Origin: an uncultured virus (IMG/VR IMGVR_UViG_3300031787_008607)
Lineage: Duplodnaviria > Heunggongvirae > Uroviricota > Caudoviricetes
DNA: 64,000 nt
Virus record (IMG/VR): IMGVR_UViG_3300031787_008607
Span: 62,001-126,000 of that record
Direction: 5' to 3' (one strand)
In this document: positions 53,760 through 63,831 of the stretch, in pieces
Layout of the letters: each line of letters starts with the position of its first letter
How positions within the stretch are numbered: the stretch's first letter is position 1
Program-made: the position numbers and the translations under genes
The notes under the pieces: generated by a model
What the model was told of the DNA's origin: nothing
Seen by the model: the letters and a program-made list of their open reading frames with translations, nothing else
The model's database searches: none

Positions 53760-54483
53760 ACCTTTTTAATATTTCAGTAATTAATGGATTTCTAACAACA
53801 TCATCATCTCCAAATTCATGAACTCCAATCTCTGAAATGTTTTTAAATTTCTCAATAGCATCCCATAAACCTGAATGTTTTTTATCTTTATATCTGTCAG
53901 TTTGTTCTAAATCACCTGATATAAAAAATTTGCTATCGGTACCAATACGAGTTAATAATAACTTCATTTGTTTTGGCGTAGCATTTTGAGCTTCTTCAAA
54001 TATTAAAATAGAATTATCAATATTCATCCCTCTCATATATGCCAATGCGAAAACCTCAATAACTTCCATTTGTTTTAATTTTTCTCTCGCCTCTTTACCT
54101 ATAATTTTATTTAATAGATAATATGATGGGAAGATATACGGGTCTAATTTTTCTTCAACATTACCAGGTAATGAACCAAGTTTTTCTTCAGCTTCAACCG
54201 CTGGTCTAACAATGATAATTTTTTCGTAAGGTGACGTATGGTCGGCAATTAAATCAACCGCTGCTTTCATTGCTATAAAACTTTTACCAACACCTGCCGG
54301 ACCTGAACAAATTGTTATTTGATTTTTCTTCAATTTATCATAGTACTCTCTCTGACTTTGAGTTAAGAATTTATCTTTACTCTTTTTAATCATCCCACTA
54401 ATTTGGTCTTTTTTCGACATTTTTGGTTTAGCTTCAGTAGGAATATACTGACTGTCTTTGCTAATTGTTTTTTTTCTTGTCAT
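53743..54483 (-). CDS. phoH: PhoH-family ATPase
   Basis: GPAGVGKS, RPAVEA.E.LG.LPG, AYMRG, EEAQN, LLTRIG, GDLEQTD, VVRNP. Confidence 0.95.
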   Translation of the reverse strand: MTRKKTISKDSQYIPTEAKPKMSKKDQISGMIKKSKDKFLTQSQREYYDKLKKNQITICSGPAGVGKSFIAMKAAVDLIADHTSPYEKIIIVRPAVEAEEKLGSLPGNVEEKLDPYIFPSYYLLNKIIGKEAREKLKQMEVIEVFALAYMRGMNIDNSILIFEEAQNATPKQMKLLLTRIGTDSKFFISGDLEQTDRYKDKKHSGLWDAIEKFKNISEIGVHEFGDDDVVRNPLITEILKRYEDRN

Positions 54484-54486
54484 TAT

Positions 54487-55311
54487 TTAATTTTTGTGTA
54501 ACTTTTTTGAGAATGATTGCATTTCATTTATTTGAAATTCCAACTCAGGTATATCATATTTTGTATCAAAAATAGTCGATAAAGTTCTATCAACAGTTAA
54601 TTCTGAATTCATGGCGTTAATACCAATATTTAATTCATATGAATTTGATATCATTTTTACTAAATCGTATTTTGTAACTTGAGTTGGTGAAACAAAATGT
54701 TTAATCCCTTTCCAAAAATCTTTGTTATCAATAATTTTTTCCACTAATTTAGCCCATTCTAAACAAGTAATACCATTCCAAAAATGATTTAAAAAACCAT
54801 TAACTGTATTATTTTTTTGACTTTTAACCCATTCAACTAAAGACCTATGTTGATTAACTTCTTCACCAATTATTGAAGTTCTTATTATTGTACAATTACT
54901 TGGTTCTCCCATAGCTTTAGACATACCATATACATCATCAACATCATATTTATCTTTTTCATCATATCTACCTTTTTTACCTGAAAAGACACAATCAGTT
55001 GTTGGATGAATCATATTCCATTCATTTTTCTCACAAACATTAGCTAATAATCTTGGAAAAACTGAGTTTACTAAAATTGCGTTTAAGTCACCTAATTGGT
55101 CAACTCTTGGTTTAATTGTACCAATACAATTTATAATAACATCACCCTGATTTACTCCACAATTGATTAAAATTTCTTCTAATGTTTTTTCTGTCTGTTG
55201 AGATGCGTCAAGAACATCTCTGTTAATTTCATTAACATTAAATTTTTCAGATAAATAAGTGTAAACATATTTACCTAACATACCTTTTGAACCTAAAATA
55301 TAAATTTTCAT
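54487..55311 (-). CDS. rmlD: dTDP-4-dehydrorhamnose reductase-like SDR
   Basis: ILGSKGMLG, TDCVFSG, YGMSKAMGE, IRTSIIG; start refined to MKIYIL. Confidence 0.85.
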   Translation of the reverse strand: MKIYILGSKGMLGKYVYTYLSEKFNVNEINRDVLDASQQTEKTLEEILINCGVNQGDVIINCIGTIKPRVDQLGDLNAILVNSVFPRLLANVCEKNEWNMIHPTTDCVFSGKKGRYDEKDKYDVDDVYGMSKAMGEPSNCTIIRTSIIGEEVNQHRSLVEWVKSQKNNTVNGFLNHFWNGITCLEWAKLVEKIIDNKDFWKGIKHFVSPTQVTKYDLVKMISNSYELNIGINAMNSELTVDRTLSTIFDTKYDIPELEFQINEMQSFSKKLHKN

Positions 55312-55336
55312 AATTTTTTTACTTTTTTTATTTTTT

Positions 55337-55756
55337 TTATCTAAAATCTTCTTCCCATATATTCCAATTATCATGTGGTAATCTTATATCGTCACCTAAA
55401 CTTTCTTCTAATGATGTAGTAGAAAAGAAAATAACTGAAGTATTTTCTTCCAAATTTTTAAAACCATTATAATGATTCGGTGGGATAAATAATACTTTTG
55501 GTTGTCTTGCACTTAAAATATATTTTGTAATTTCTTCAGTTTCCATATTAACAATTCCAATAAGTGCGGTACCACTAGATACATAAACATATTTCCCTTC
55601 TTTTTTATGACCATGCCACGCTCTTATAAATCCTTGTCTATGATTCTCAACTTGGTAAAATCTCTTTACATTTTCAAAATTGAAATCATTAACAAATCTA
55701 ACCGAACCTCTATCATCAACAGAGATACCACCATTCATTAATTTTTTTGTGTCCAT
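55337..55756 (-). CDS. RmlC-like sugar epimerase/isomerase (cupin)
   Basis: DDRGSV, IRAWHGHKKE, LFIPPNHYNGF. Confidence 0.85.
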   Translation of the reverse strand: MDTKKLMNGGISVDDRGSVRFVNDFNFENVKRFYQVENHRQGFIRAWHGHKKEGKYVYVSSGTALIGIVNMETEEITKYILSARQPKVLFIPPNHYNGFKNLEENTSVIFFSTTSLEESLGDDIRLPHDNWNIWEEDFR

Positions 55757-56712
55757 AATAATTCTTTTTGATTTTTTTTATTTGTTAAAAACGCTCCATT
55801 GTGGTAAACTTTATCTTCAGGGTTTTCAATTCTATTTTCTTCAAATAAAGTTACCATTCTTAATACCTCATCCTCAACGGTTGTAATTGGTTTATATTTA
55901 AAAACTTTTAAAGATTTTGAATTATCAACACGATAATTTCTAGCATCTTGAAAAGATATTTCAGTGTACGTTACTTTAGTATTAGGTACTATTTTAGCAA
56001 CACGTTCACCTAGTTCTTTAATTATAACATTTTCTTTTGATAAAACAAAAATTCCCGGATACTTTTCTTTACAGGCCTCTGTAATATATCCCGCAATATC
56101 TTTAACTGCTATTATTGGTCTCCATTGTTCACCTCCATTAATAGTTATAGTACCTTCTTTTACCGCCTTCATAGTTAATACATTAACAACTAAATCCATT
56201 CTAATTCTAGAATATGTGTCACCAAGACCAAATACAGTTCCTAATCTAAAAATTGTCCCATTTTTGTCTAAAATGTGTTTTTCGGCTTTAAGTTTTGTTG
56301 ATGCATATGATGATAATGGATTTGTTTCACTTAATTCATCTAATATACCATCTTGAGCCCCGTAAACTGAACACGTAGACATGAAAATTAAATGTTTATC
56401 GGGTGAAACAATATCACAAAAATTTTTAATAGAATTATAATTAATTTCTTCAGTTAAAAATGGGTCAACACTACAAGCCGGGTCACCAACTAAAGCAGCC
56501 ATTAAAACTATAATATCAAAATCTTTAGATACTTCATAAAGTTTATCAGTATCTCTAATGTCTCCATAAATAAAAGAAACATCTTTTAAATACCTATTTT
56601 CATATAATAAATTATCGTAAATAGTTATATCAAACCCTTCTCTAATAAGATAATCTGATGTTAATCCTCCGATGTAACCGGCACCACCTACTAATAAAAC
56701 TTTTTCTTTCAT
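55738..56712 (-). CDS. NAD-dependent sugar epimerase/dehydratase
   Basis: GGAGYIG, STCSVYG, YASTK. Confidence 0.9.
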   Translation of the reverse strand: MKEKVLLVGGAGYIGGLTSDYLIREGFDITIYDNLLYENRYLKDVSFIYGDIRDTDKLYEVSKDFDIIVLMAALVGDPACSVDPFLTEEINYNSIKNFCDIVSPDKHLIFMSTCSVYGAQDGILDELSETNPLSSYASTKLKAEKHILDKNGTIFRLGTVFGLGDTYSRIRMDLVVNVLTMKAVKEGTITINGGEQWRPIIAVKDIAGYITEACKEKYPGIFVLSKENVIIKELGERVAKIVPNTKVTYTEISFQDARNYRVDNSKSLKVFKYKPITTVEDEVLRMVTLFEENRIENPEDKVYHNGAFLTNKKNQKELLWTQKN

Positions 56713-56734
56713 TATTTTATATAATTTATTTATT

Positions 56735-57388
56735 TTATATTTTTATTTTGTAATCCATGAATGTTTCTGATTTACCTACGTCAATACTAAAAAATGAATC
56801 AGACCATGGTAGAAATTTTATGTTTGTTTTTTCACCTATGTTATAATCATAAGTTTCTTCTGGTAATAATCGTTTTACATATTTATCACCTGGTAAATCA
56901 CCATGCTCCCATTTTTTATCAAAATGGTTTTTTGTATTTGATATGTTCCATCCTGAACTCATAGAGATATAATCTATTTCAAATGAATTATACATGGCAA
57001 TATTGCCCTCCATCATTCTTCTTAGGTAATCACTATCTTCATAATTACCCCCAATAAATCTTTCATCCATAAACCCAATATTTCTAAATAATTCTTTTTT
57101 AAAACCAAAAAACCCCCACGCATATAATCCAACAAACCCATATCCTTGTTCTAAAAGAGTTAAAATTTTTTCAATATGTTCTTTTTTAGGTCTAGCTTTG
57201 TCATTACAAATAATAATGGTTTCTGTTGGTGATTCAACAACACAATCATTAATTAATTTTGAGAAAGATGGGTATCCGTGACCATTTTTCCAAATTGATT
57301 CTTCATCCATGTTTTTTAAATGAGTAATTAATTCATCTTTTAAAGAGTCTCTATTGCTTGGTATAATTATAGTATATTCTTTATTCAT
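56735..57388 (-). CDS. glycosyltransferase family 2-like
   Basis: IIICND, IGFMDERFIGGNYEDSD. Confidence 0.75.
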   Translation of the reverse strand: MNKEYTIIIPSNRDSLKDELITHLKNMDEESIWKNGHGYPSFSKLINDCVVESPTETIIICNDKARPKKEHIEKILTLLEQGYGFVGLYAWGFFGFKKELFRNIGFMDERFIGGNYEDSDYLRRMMEGNIAMYNSFEIDYISMSSGWNISNTKNHFDKKWEHGDLPGDKYVKRLLPEETYDYNIGEKTNIKFLPWSDSFFSIDVGKSETFMDYKIKI

Positions 57389-57411
57389 GGTAATTTTAAT
57401 TTATTTTTTTA

Positions 57412-57945
57412 TTATCCATTATTTAAAAATTTACTAACACGTCTGTCAATAGAACGTTTGACAATTGTTAAACCCGCTTCGGATATGGGGAATGTAAAAA
57501 TATCCATCTCAGGATATTCAGTTTTAATCCAATCTATCATTTTATAAGAATCCTCACAGTGTTCTCGGGTAATATATTTTTCAGAAATTGGGTCAGTATC
57601 ATGTAAAATAATTACCCCAAATTCATTTAAATTTTTAAGTGATGCTTTGAAATCTAATTTAACCGCTTCAAACGCATGGTCAGCATCTATGAAAATAACA
57701 TCTACTATTTCATTAAAATTATTTAAAAAGTCTTGTGTTGATGTTTGATGGAACTCACCAATGTTTTTATTTCTTCTAAAATCAATAATATCAACCCCAA
57801 TTACCCTAGGTACTACTTCTGAAACTTTTTCAAAAGTTGACCCATCATATACACCTAATTCTAAATAATTTTTACAATTAATTGATTTAACTATTTGGAC
57901 TATCATGTCCGTGTGAACTTCATGTCCGTATGCAAATTTATCCAT
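57412..57945 (-). CDS. class I SAM-dependent methyltransferase
   Basis: YLELGVYDG, DVIFIDADH, GVIILHD. Confidence 0.85.
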   Translation of the reverse strand: MDKFAYGHEVHTDMIVQIVKSINCKNYLELGVYDGSTFEKVSEVVPRVIGVDIIDFRRNKNIGEFHQTSTQDFLNNFNEIVDVIFIDADHAFEAVKLDFKASLKNLNEFGVIILHDTDPISEKYITREHCEDSYKMIDWIKTEYPEMDIFTFPISEAGLTIVKRSIDRRVSKFLNNG

Positions 57946-58010
57946 ATTTTTTATTTTAAATTAATAAAAAATATGGATACAGTAAACATTAAGTGTTGTT
58001 TTTATTCATC

Positions 58011-58835
58011 TTAAAAAACAGGTATTGTTTCGGCTTTACATCCGCCAAACCACCAAATACATTCTGAAAATGTACTAAGACGATTACAAACCAACATATC
58101 ACATTTTGAGGCTATTAACATAGTTGCTGTAGAATATTGCATTTGAGTAACATTATCTGGTTTAGTGTAAGTTATTACATTGTAGTCTTTTAAATATTCT
58201 AAATATTCAGGTAAAACACTGTCGTTATCTGAAGTAAGAAAAATAGTTTTTACTTTTGGTAAAAATTCATTAATTGCATTTTTATAAGTTTCAAAATTAT
58301 AATCTCTAATAACTCCGTCTCGAATACTTGTACAGTTTGGAGGGTCAAATTGATGAGTCCAAGTTCTTATTTGTATGGTAAGTAATGGGTATTCAAAATG
58401 TTTTGACACTCTATCAACTTCGGATAAAACTTCAGGTCTCCATTTAATTTTACTAATTCCTTTTTGTATTCTGTTAAATACTGTATCACATATTAAATTT
58501 CTATTAAAAAACCAATCAATTGAATGTGTTGAAAATAAATAAGAAAGTGATTTATTTACGATATTAGGGTGGTCACCTAAAGCTTTAGCGTCGTTTATTA
58601 AATCAGGTTGTTCTGTTTCTTCTGATTTTAAAACTAAAAATCTTGCAGAAATAAAAGAATTACCAAATTCGTGTGGGTTATGGCAAATTAAACTATCATC
58701 TAAAATTTCTCGATAATCAGCGTCAAAATGTGCGTCAAATCTAGGTAAAATATTAGTTTCACCTATACTTAAAGCGGTGACAAAAGATTTTAAAACATTA
58801 CATAAACCAGATTTTATTTCTACCGTAAATTTCAT
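58011..58835 (-). CDS. fucosyltransferase-like GT-B protein
   Basis: GLCNVL, IQIRT, IFLTSD, STFSECIWW; start refined to MKFTV. Confidence 0.6.
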   Translation of the reverse strand: MKFTVEIKSGLCNVLKSFVTALSIGETNILPRFDAHFDADYREILDDSLICHNPHEFGNSFISARFLVLKSEETEQPDLINDAKALGDHPNIVNKSLSYLFSTHSIDWFFNRNLICDTVFNRIQKGISKIKWRPEVLSEVDRVSKHFEYPLLTIQIRTWTHQFDPPNCTSIRDGVIRDYNFETYKNAINEFLPKVKTIFLTSDNDSVLPEYLEYLKDYNVITYTKPDNVTQMQYSTATMLIASKCDMLVCNRLSTFSECIWWFGGCKAETIPVF

Positions 58836-58842
58836 ATATGTA

Positions 58843-59766
58843 TTATTTAACAAATTCATTAATTAAATTATTCCATTTTTCACGACAACGTTCTAAAGTA
58901 TATTCTTTTGAATAATATTCTCGTGGTGAAAAAAGATTTCGATTACTAATAACGTATCTTATTGTTTCAGGAAAATTTTCATCGTTAGATACTAACCCCC
59001 ATGTTTTATCATCTTGTCTATCTAAATAACATCCCATAGGTCTTGCAACCATTGGTATGTCACATGCACCTATTTCAATTCCTGCAAAATGACCTTCTTC
59101 ATTTCCTGATGTACAAATACCACACACTGATGAATTTATTAAAAGTCTAACTGTATTTGTGTCAACTCTGTTAAATATTCTTACTCTATTTCTATTATGT
59201 TCAGGAATTGCGTCAATAGTTGTATTATCTTTCATTACTAAACAAAAATTAAAATCCGTCATTGTTTCAATGAGGTTTAAAACTCTATGAAATCCTTTTT
59301 TTTCATGAGAAGAATCACCTATAAAAATAATTGAATTAGGTAAAACTTCTGGATGTCTTTCAGGAATAGGTTTAAAAAAATTAAAATCTGATGATTGTTC
59401 AATTACTCTTACATTTTTTGGATTAATTCTTTCTTTATAAAGATTATACGTTTGTTTAGACGCAAATACAACACAAGTACATGAATTTATAACTTCAGTT
59501 TGCATTGGATTATCCATAGTATCTTGTATTAGACAGAATGTTGGGACATCAATATTAAGTTTACGAAAATAACTTCCATTTCTAATTATATAATCAGGGC
59601 GCTCTCTAATAGATTCTATTTTATCAGCTAATATTGCATAACTTGTATATCCGTCACATTTATCTTGAAGGCCTGGAAACCATTCTAATAGGTCATGCCA
59701 AAATGTTCTCGTGTTTGGAATACACGTAAGTGTATCGTTAACTAACCACCCAATTTTATTATCCAT
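58843..59766 (-). CDS. glycosyltransferase family 4-like
   Basis: FFKP, KKGF, EEGHFAGIEIGACDIPMV. Confidence 0.75.
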   Translation of the reverse strand: MDNKIGWLVNDTLTCIPNTRTFWHDLLEWFPGLQDKCDGYTSYAILADKIESIRERPDYIIRNGSYFRKLNIDVPTFCLIQDTMDNPMQTEVINSCTCVVFASKQTYNLYKERINPKNVRVIEQSSDFNFFKPIPERHPEVLPNSIIFIGDSSHEKKGFHRVLNLIETMTDFNFCLVMKDNTTIDAIPEHNRNRVRIFNRVDTNTVRLLINSSVCGICTSGNEEGHFAGIEIGACDIPMVARPMGCYLDRQDDKTWGLVSNDENFPETIRYVISNRNLFSPREYYSKEYTLERCREKWNNLINEFVK

Positions 59767-59774
59767 AGTATGTT

Positions 59775-60746
59775 TTATTTTTTATAAATGTTTAACCAAT
59801 AATCAATCATTTCATCCATCATTGTCTCAAAACTATATTCAGGTTTCCATCCTAAAGACCTAATTTTACTTGAGTCACCTTTAAGGTATGGTAATTCTTC
59901 AGGACGTAAAAACTTATCATTTTGAACAACATAGTCTTTATAATTTAAATTTAATTTACTAAAAACATATTCACACATATCTCTAACTGACCTTGACTCC
60001 CCAGTTGCCACAACTAAGTCGACTGGTTTATCCTGTTGTAATATTAAATGCATTGCTTTTACATAGTCTTTGGAATGTCCCCAATCTCTATATGAATCCA
60101 TGTTACCAAGTTCTAATTTATCAGATAAACCTAAACTTATCATCACCGCGGCTTTAACTACTTTATTAGTAACAAAATTAGAACCTCTACGAGGAGATTC
60201 ATGATTGAATAAAATACCATTATTAGCATGTAAATTATATGCGTTTCTATAATTTCGAACAATATTATACCCAAATACTTTACTACATCCATATGGTGAA
60301 ACTGGATTCATATGAGTTGTTTCTCTTTGGTACCCATCAGGGTCTACCGAACTTCCAAACATTTCCGAACTACTTGCTTGATAAAATTTTGCGTTAGGAC
60401 AAACTCTACGATAAGCATCTAAAATATTTAAAACACCTAAAGAATTAACTTGTGATGTAAATTGTGGGATATCGTAACTAATACGTACATGACTTTGAGC
60501 GGCTAAGTTGTATATTTCGTCAGGTTGTATTTCACTTAATAATCTTTCAATATTAGATTGGTCTAACAAGTCACCATAATATATATTTATTTTGTCTCGA
60601 ATTTCGTCAAGTCTACTTTGTTGGTGTTCAGGTGTAGAATTTCTTCGTATAATACCATGAACTTCATATCCTAATGATAAAAGATATTCCGCTAGATATG
60701 ACCCATCTTGGCCACCCACACCGGTTATAAATGCACGTTTAATCAT
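59775..60746 (-). CDS. gmd: GDP-mannose 4,6-dehydratase
   Basis: ITGVGGQDGSYLAE, YNLAAQSHV, QASSSEMFG, PYGCSK, FNHESPRRG, RDWGHSKDYV. Confidence 0.95.
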   Translation of the reverse strand: MIKRAFITGVGGQDGSYLAEYLLSLGYEVHGIIRRNSTPEHQQSRLDEIRDKINIYYGDLLDQSNIERLLSEIQPDEIYNLAAQSHVRISYDIPQFTSQVNSLGVLNILDAYRRVCPNAKFYQASSSEMFGSSVDPDGYQRETTHMNPVSPYGCSKVFGYNIVRNYRNAYNLHANNGILFNHESPRRGSNFVTNKVVKAAVMISLGLSDKLELGNMDSYRDWGHSKDYVKAMHLILQQDKPVDLVVATGESRSVRDMCEYVFSKLNLNYKDYVVQNDKFLRPEELPYLKGDSSKIRSLGWKPEYSFETMMDEMIDYWLNIYKK

Positions 60747-60755
60747 ATTTTATTT

Positions 60756-61364
60756 TTAACTTTTAAAAAAATTCATTTTAGTCAAATCTGGCCAATCCTC
60801 ATATTTCCATTTTCTAGGATTTGTATTAATGGCATTAGATAATTTATCTAATCCTAATTTAGCGGTTTCAGGAGTCATATAGTAATGGTAACCCATTGTA
60901 TCGATATTTTGTTCTCTCCATGGAATATTGGGTAGTCTACCGTCATAACTCATTTTTTTTAACTGAATAGCATCTTGTTCGTTGTCCAAAAGAATCATTC
61001 CACCTCTACCTAAACTTAAATGTTTTTGAAATTGAAAACTTAAACACATATACGTATTTGGAATATAACTGTCTTTTTTCCACAGTACTGCTGCGTCAAT
61101 TATTTTTTTTTCTTCGTAATTTAAAGTGTAGTAATCTTCCCATTTTTCATCTCTCCATTCTAATCCAATCCCCAATTTTTTAGACAACATGGGTACGGAT
61201 AAATAAGTTCGTAATGGGACGTTAATTTTAGTAGTATTTGTTAATCTTAAACATAACTCTATACCATGAGTACAACTATCTACAGCAACTGCGTAAGGGG
61301 CGTTGTAAAATTGTGATATCTTTTTTTCAAATTCCGTCACAGTATCCATATTCACTTGTTCCAT
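60756..61364 (-). CDS. compact DegT/DnrJ/EryC1/StrS PLP aminotransferase
   Basis: AVDSCTHG, IIDAA, SFQFQKHLSLGRGGM, GYHYYM; only 202 aa. Confidence 0.75.
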   Translation of the reverse strand: MEQVNMDTVTEFEKKISQFYNAPYAVAVDSCTHGIELCLRLTNTTKINVPLRTYLSVPMLSKKLGIGLEWRDEKWEDYYTLNYEEKKIIDAAVLWKKDSYIPNTYMCLSFQFQKHLSLGRGGMILLDNEQDAIQLKKMSYDGRLPNIPWREQNIDTMGYHYYMTPETAKLGLDKLSNAINTNPRKWKYEDWPDLTKMNFFKS

Positions 61365-61368
61365 AAGA

Positions 61369-61896
61369 TTAATAATTATATCCTAATTTTTTCGCGTTGT
61401 AAAGTATTCTTGTACTATCTATTTTTTTAACTAAAATTGCTGGATTTCCCTTATATACCCCCCATTCTTCAGTATCACCCATTAATAAACTACCTGCGGA
61501 TAATAGAACACCACGTCTTAATCTTGAGCCGGGTAATACAATAGAATTTGTTCCGATATTAGAAAATTCTTCCATAAGAACAGGTTTAATTATTTGAGTA
61601 CCTTTTAATTCTTCAGGTATCATCGCTCCAAATAATCCACTATCATCAAATCTATCTGAACCACATACAATTCTAGCTCCGGCCATTATGTTATTAAACC
61701 CTTTGGCCGTAAAATCTGAGTTTTTACCACCTATAATTGTTACATAAGGACTAATATGTGTATAATCACCAATATATAATTTTGTTGTACAATAAAATCC
61801 TTTATCTATTGCAACATGACTACCTATAACACAATTATTTTTTTCTTTTATTATTATATCTAAATCTAAAACAACATCACTACCTATTTTCATCAA
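61369..61896 (-). CDS. hexapeptide-repeat acyltransferase
   Basis: IGDYTHISPYVTI, IGTNSIVLPG, GVYKGNPA. Confidence 0.85.
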   Translation of the reverse strand: MMKIGSDVVLDLDIIIKEKNNCVIGSHVAIDKGFYCTTKLYIGDYTHISPYVTIIGGKNSDFTAKGFNNIMAGARIVCGSDRFDDSGLFGAMIPEELKGTQIIKPVLMEEFSNIGTNSIVLPGSRLRRGVLLSAGSLLMGDTEEWGVYKGNPAILVKKIDSTRILYNAKKLGYNY

Positions 61897-62303
61897 ATAA
61901 AAGTTTTATCAATTGTTTGACCAAAATATGGCCCTGTTTTGTATTCATATACAATAGTATCGTCTTCTAAAATCAAATAATTATGACCACCATTAAATGT
62001 AAAACTAATATCACCTGCGGATAATATAGGTTCCGCAATTATATTATCATCAATGTCATAGAAAATACATTTTACCTTTCCTTTTATAACACACCAACTT
62101 TCCTGAGGTATGTAATTTTCATCATGTCTTGGGATTATATTATGTTTGTGAGGTTTAAATGTATGTCCTTTAGATAATTTTAAACTGGCACATTGAAGGT
62201 AGTTTTTATCTAAGCTTAAATCAGTTCGTTCAGAAGTAACATCAGATAATCTCACAATTTGATGAAGGAGTTCTCCATTAATTTTAGAATATATTTTTTC
62301 CAT
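61893..62303 (-). CDS. cupin-fold (WbuC-like) protein
   Basis: FKPHKH, QESW, GGHNY, EYKTGPY. Confidence 0.75.
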   Translation of the reverse strand: MEKIYSKINGELLHQIVRLSDVTSERTDLSLDKNYLQCASLKLSKGHTFKPHKHNIIPRHDENYIPQESWCVIKGKVKCIFYDIDDNIIAEPILSAGDISFTFNGGHNYLILEDDTIVYEYKTGPYFGQTIDKTFI

Positions 62304-62327
62304 TTTATTTTGTATATCTTTAATATT

Positions 62328-63053
62328 TTAATCGTCTTTTTCACCTTCTTGTATATGATAAACTAATGAATCAAATACTGTAACATGTCTCATCCCATAA
62401 GTTGATTCTAATTTTCTAAAATACCAGTCATCTCCACTTTGAACAAACCCATTTAAAGTACCAACTCCATCAGTATAAATGTTACCTTCAGGATACATAC
62501 CACTTTCAATAAATCGAGTTTTTTCAAAAATACATGGCATGTATAAACCACCTGAATAAATGTTATCCTCCCTCATAGATGTATTAACTTTTTCCCAAAG
62601 TTCATAATCAATTTTTTTAGGACTTTTACCACAATCAATACTAATACCATAAGTTCCACTCCTCATTTTACCACTCTCAACTAATCTAGATGTTGGTATA
62701 TTAGTACCATCGTGATGTTTTAATAAATTTTCTAACCATCCATTACTAAAGACCATATCTGAATTAACAAAACAAATATTATCTGATTTACTAGTTTTAC
62801 CGGCGTAATTCCAACATCTATAAACTCTATTTAAATAATAATCATTAGGAATTGGGTCATTATAAATTGAATATGGTATATCTAATTTTGTTAATTTATT
62901 TATAATCTCATCTGTTGCATCATTTGCGACAATTCTTATTGAGACATCCCAACCATTAACTTTACATTTTTCACTAGTTAATTCTTTATGTATTAAATCT
63001 AAGTATTCTACTGATTTAAAAATTAATGAAATAATTTCAATTGATTTCTTCAT
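62328..63053 (-). CDS. glycosyltransferase family 2-like
   Basis: WNYAG, FVNSDMVF, VYHIQEG. Confidence 0.75.
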   Translation of the reverse strand: MKKSIEIISLIFKSVEYLDLIHKELTSEKCKVNGWDVSIRIVANDATDEIINKLTKLDIPYSIYNDPIPNDYYLNRVYRCWNYAGKTSKSDNICFVNSDMVFSNGWLENLLKHHDGTNIPTSRLVESGKMRSGTYGISIDCGKSPKKIDYELWEKVNTSMREDNIYSGGLYMPCIFEKTRFIESGMYPEGNIYTDGVGTLNGFVQSGDDWYFRKLESTYGMRHVTVFDSLVYHIQEGEKDD

Positions 63054-63831
63054 TTTGTTTTTTAAAAATATTAATTATTTTTTCTTTTTCTTTTGGATTA
63101 GTTGCGTCAGTAATTTTAAACCATGAAGGTAATATATTAGTATCTAATTCAACAACTTCTAACGTAGTTTCGTCTAATAATCTCTCAAGTGCCCATCCGT
63201 CTTGGCCATAACTTTTATAAACATTATATTTAGTAATAATTTGATAGTCAGTCGCAAAACCTCTATGTATTATACTATAAGGTATTTTAATGGTTGTTAC
63301 AATTCCATTTGGATATTGAGGTTGGTGTAACCCGTGAATTGACTGAAAATTTAAATTTTTATTATTTCTCCATATTGCACAAACCCCATGACTTAAACTA
63401 TGATAAGCGTTATCTATTCTATAGTGGATGTCACTTCTCCATAGATTGTAATGACCCAACAATATACCGTCAATATTATTGTTTTTAGCGTAGTTACAAA
63501 TATCAATTAAAATTTTATTGTTATCATTAGTTAAACGACTATCTAAAAGTGAATCACCATCTAACCATATAATAAATTCAGTGTCAGGTTGCTCAAGTAG
63601 TAGAGTATCTAACAATTTTTTCTTACACGATATTTCATTTTTAAAATCATTTATTTCTGACTCAATTACTCGTAAATTAGAAAAATTTTTATAAATTTCT
63701 TTACTACCATCATCAGAATTTTGGTCGTATACATAAACGTATTCACATATTTCAAACATTTGTTTTAACCAATTATGTAAATTTCCTTTTGATAATTCAT
63801 TTCTTAATTGTGTAAATCCTACTATTTTCAT
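63037..63831 (-). CDS. glycosyltransferase family 2-like
   Basis: VYDQNSDDGS, IWLDGD, IIHRGF. Confidence 0.75.
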   Translation of the reverse strand: MKIVGFTQLRNELSKGNLHNWLKQMFEICEYVYVYDQNSDDGSKEIYKNFSNLRVIESEINDFKNEISCKKKLLDTLLLEQPDTEFIIWLDGDSLLDSRLTNDNNKILIDICNYAKNNNIDGILLGHYNLWRSDIHYRIDNAYHSLSHGVCAIWRNNKNLNFQSIHGLHQPQYPNGIVTTIKIPYSIIHRGFATDYQIITKYNVYKSYGQDGWALERLLDETTLEVVELDTNILPSWFKITDATNPKEKEKIINIFKKQNEEIN

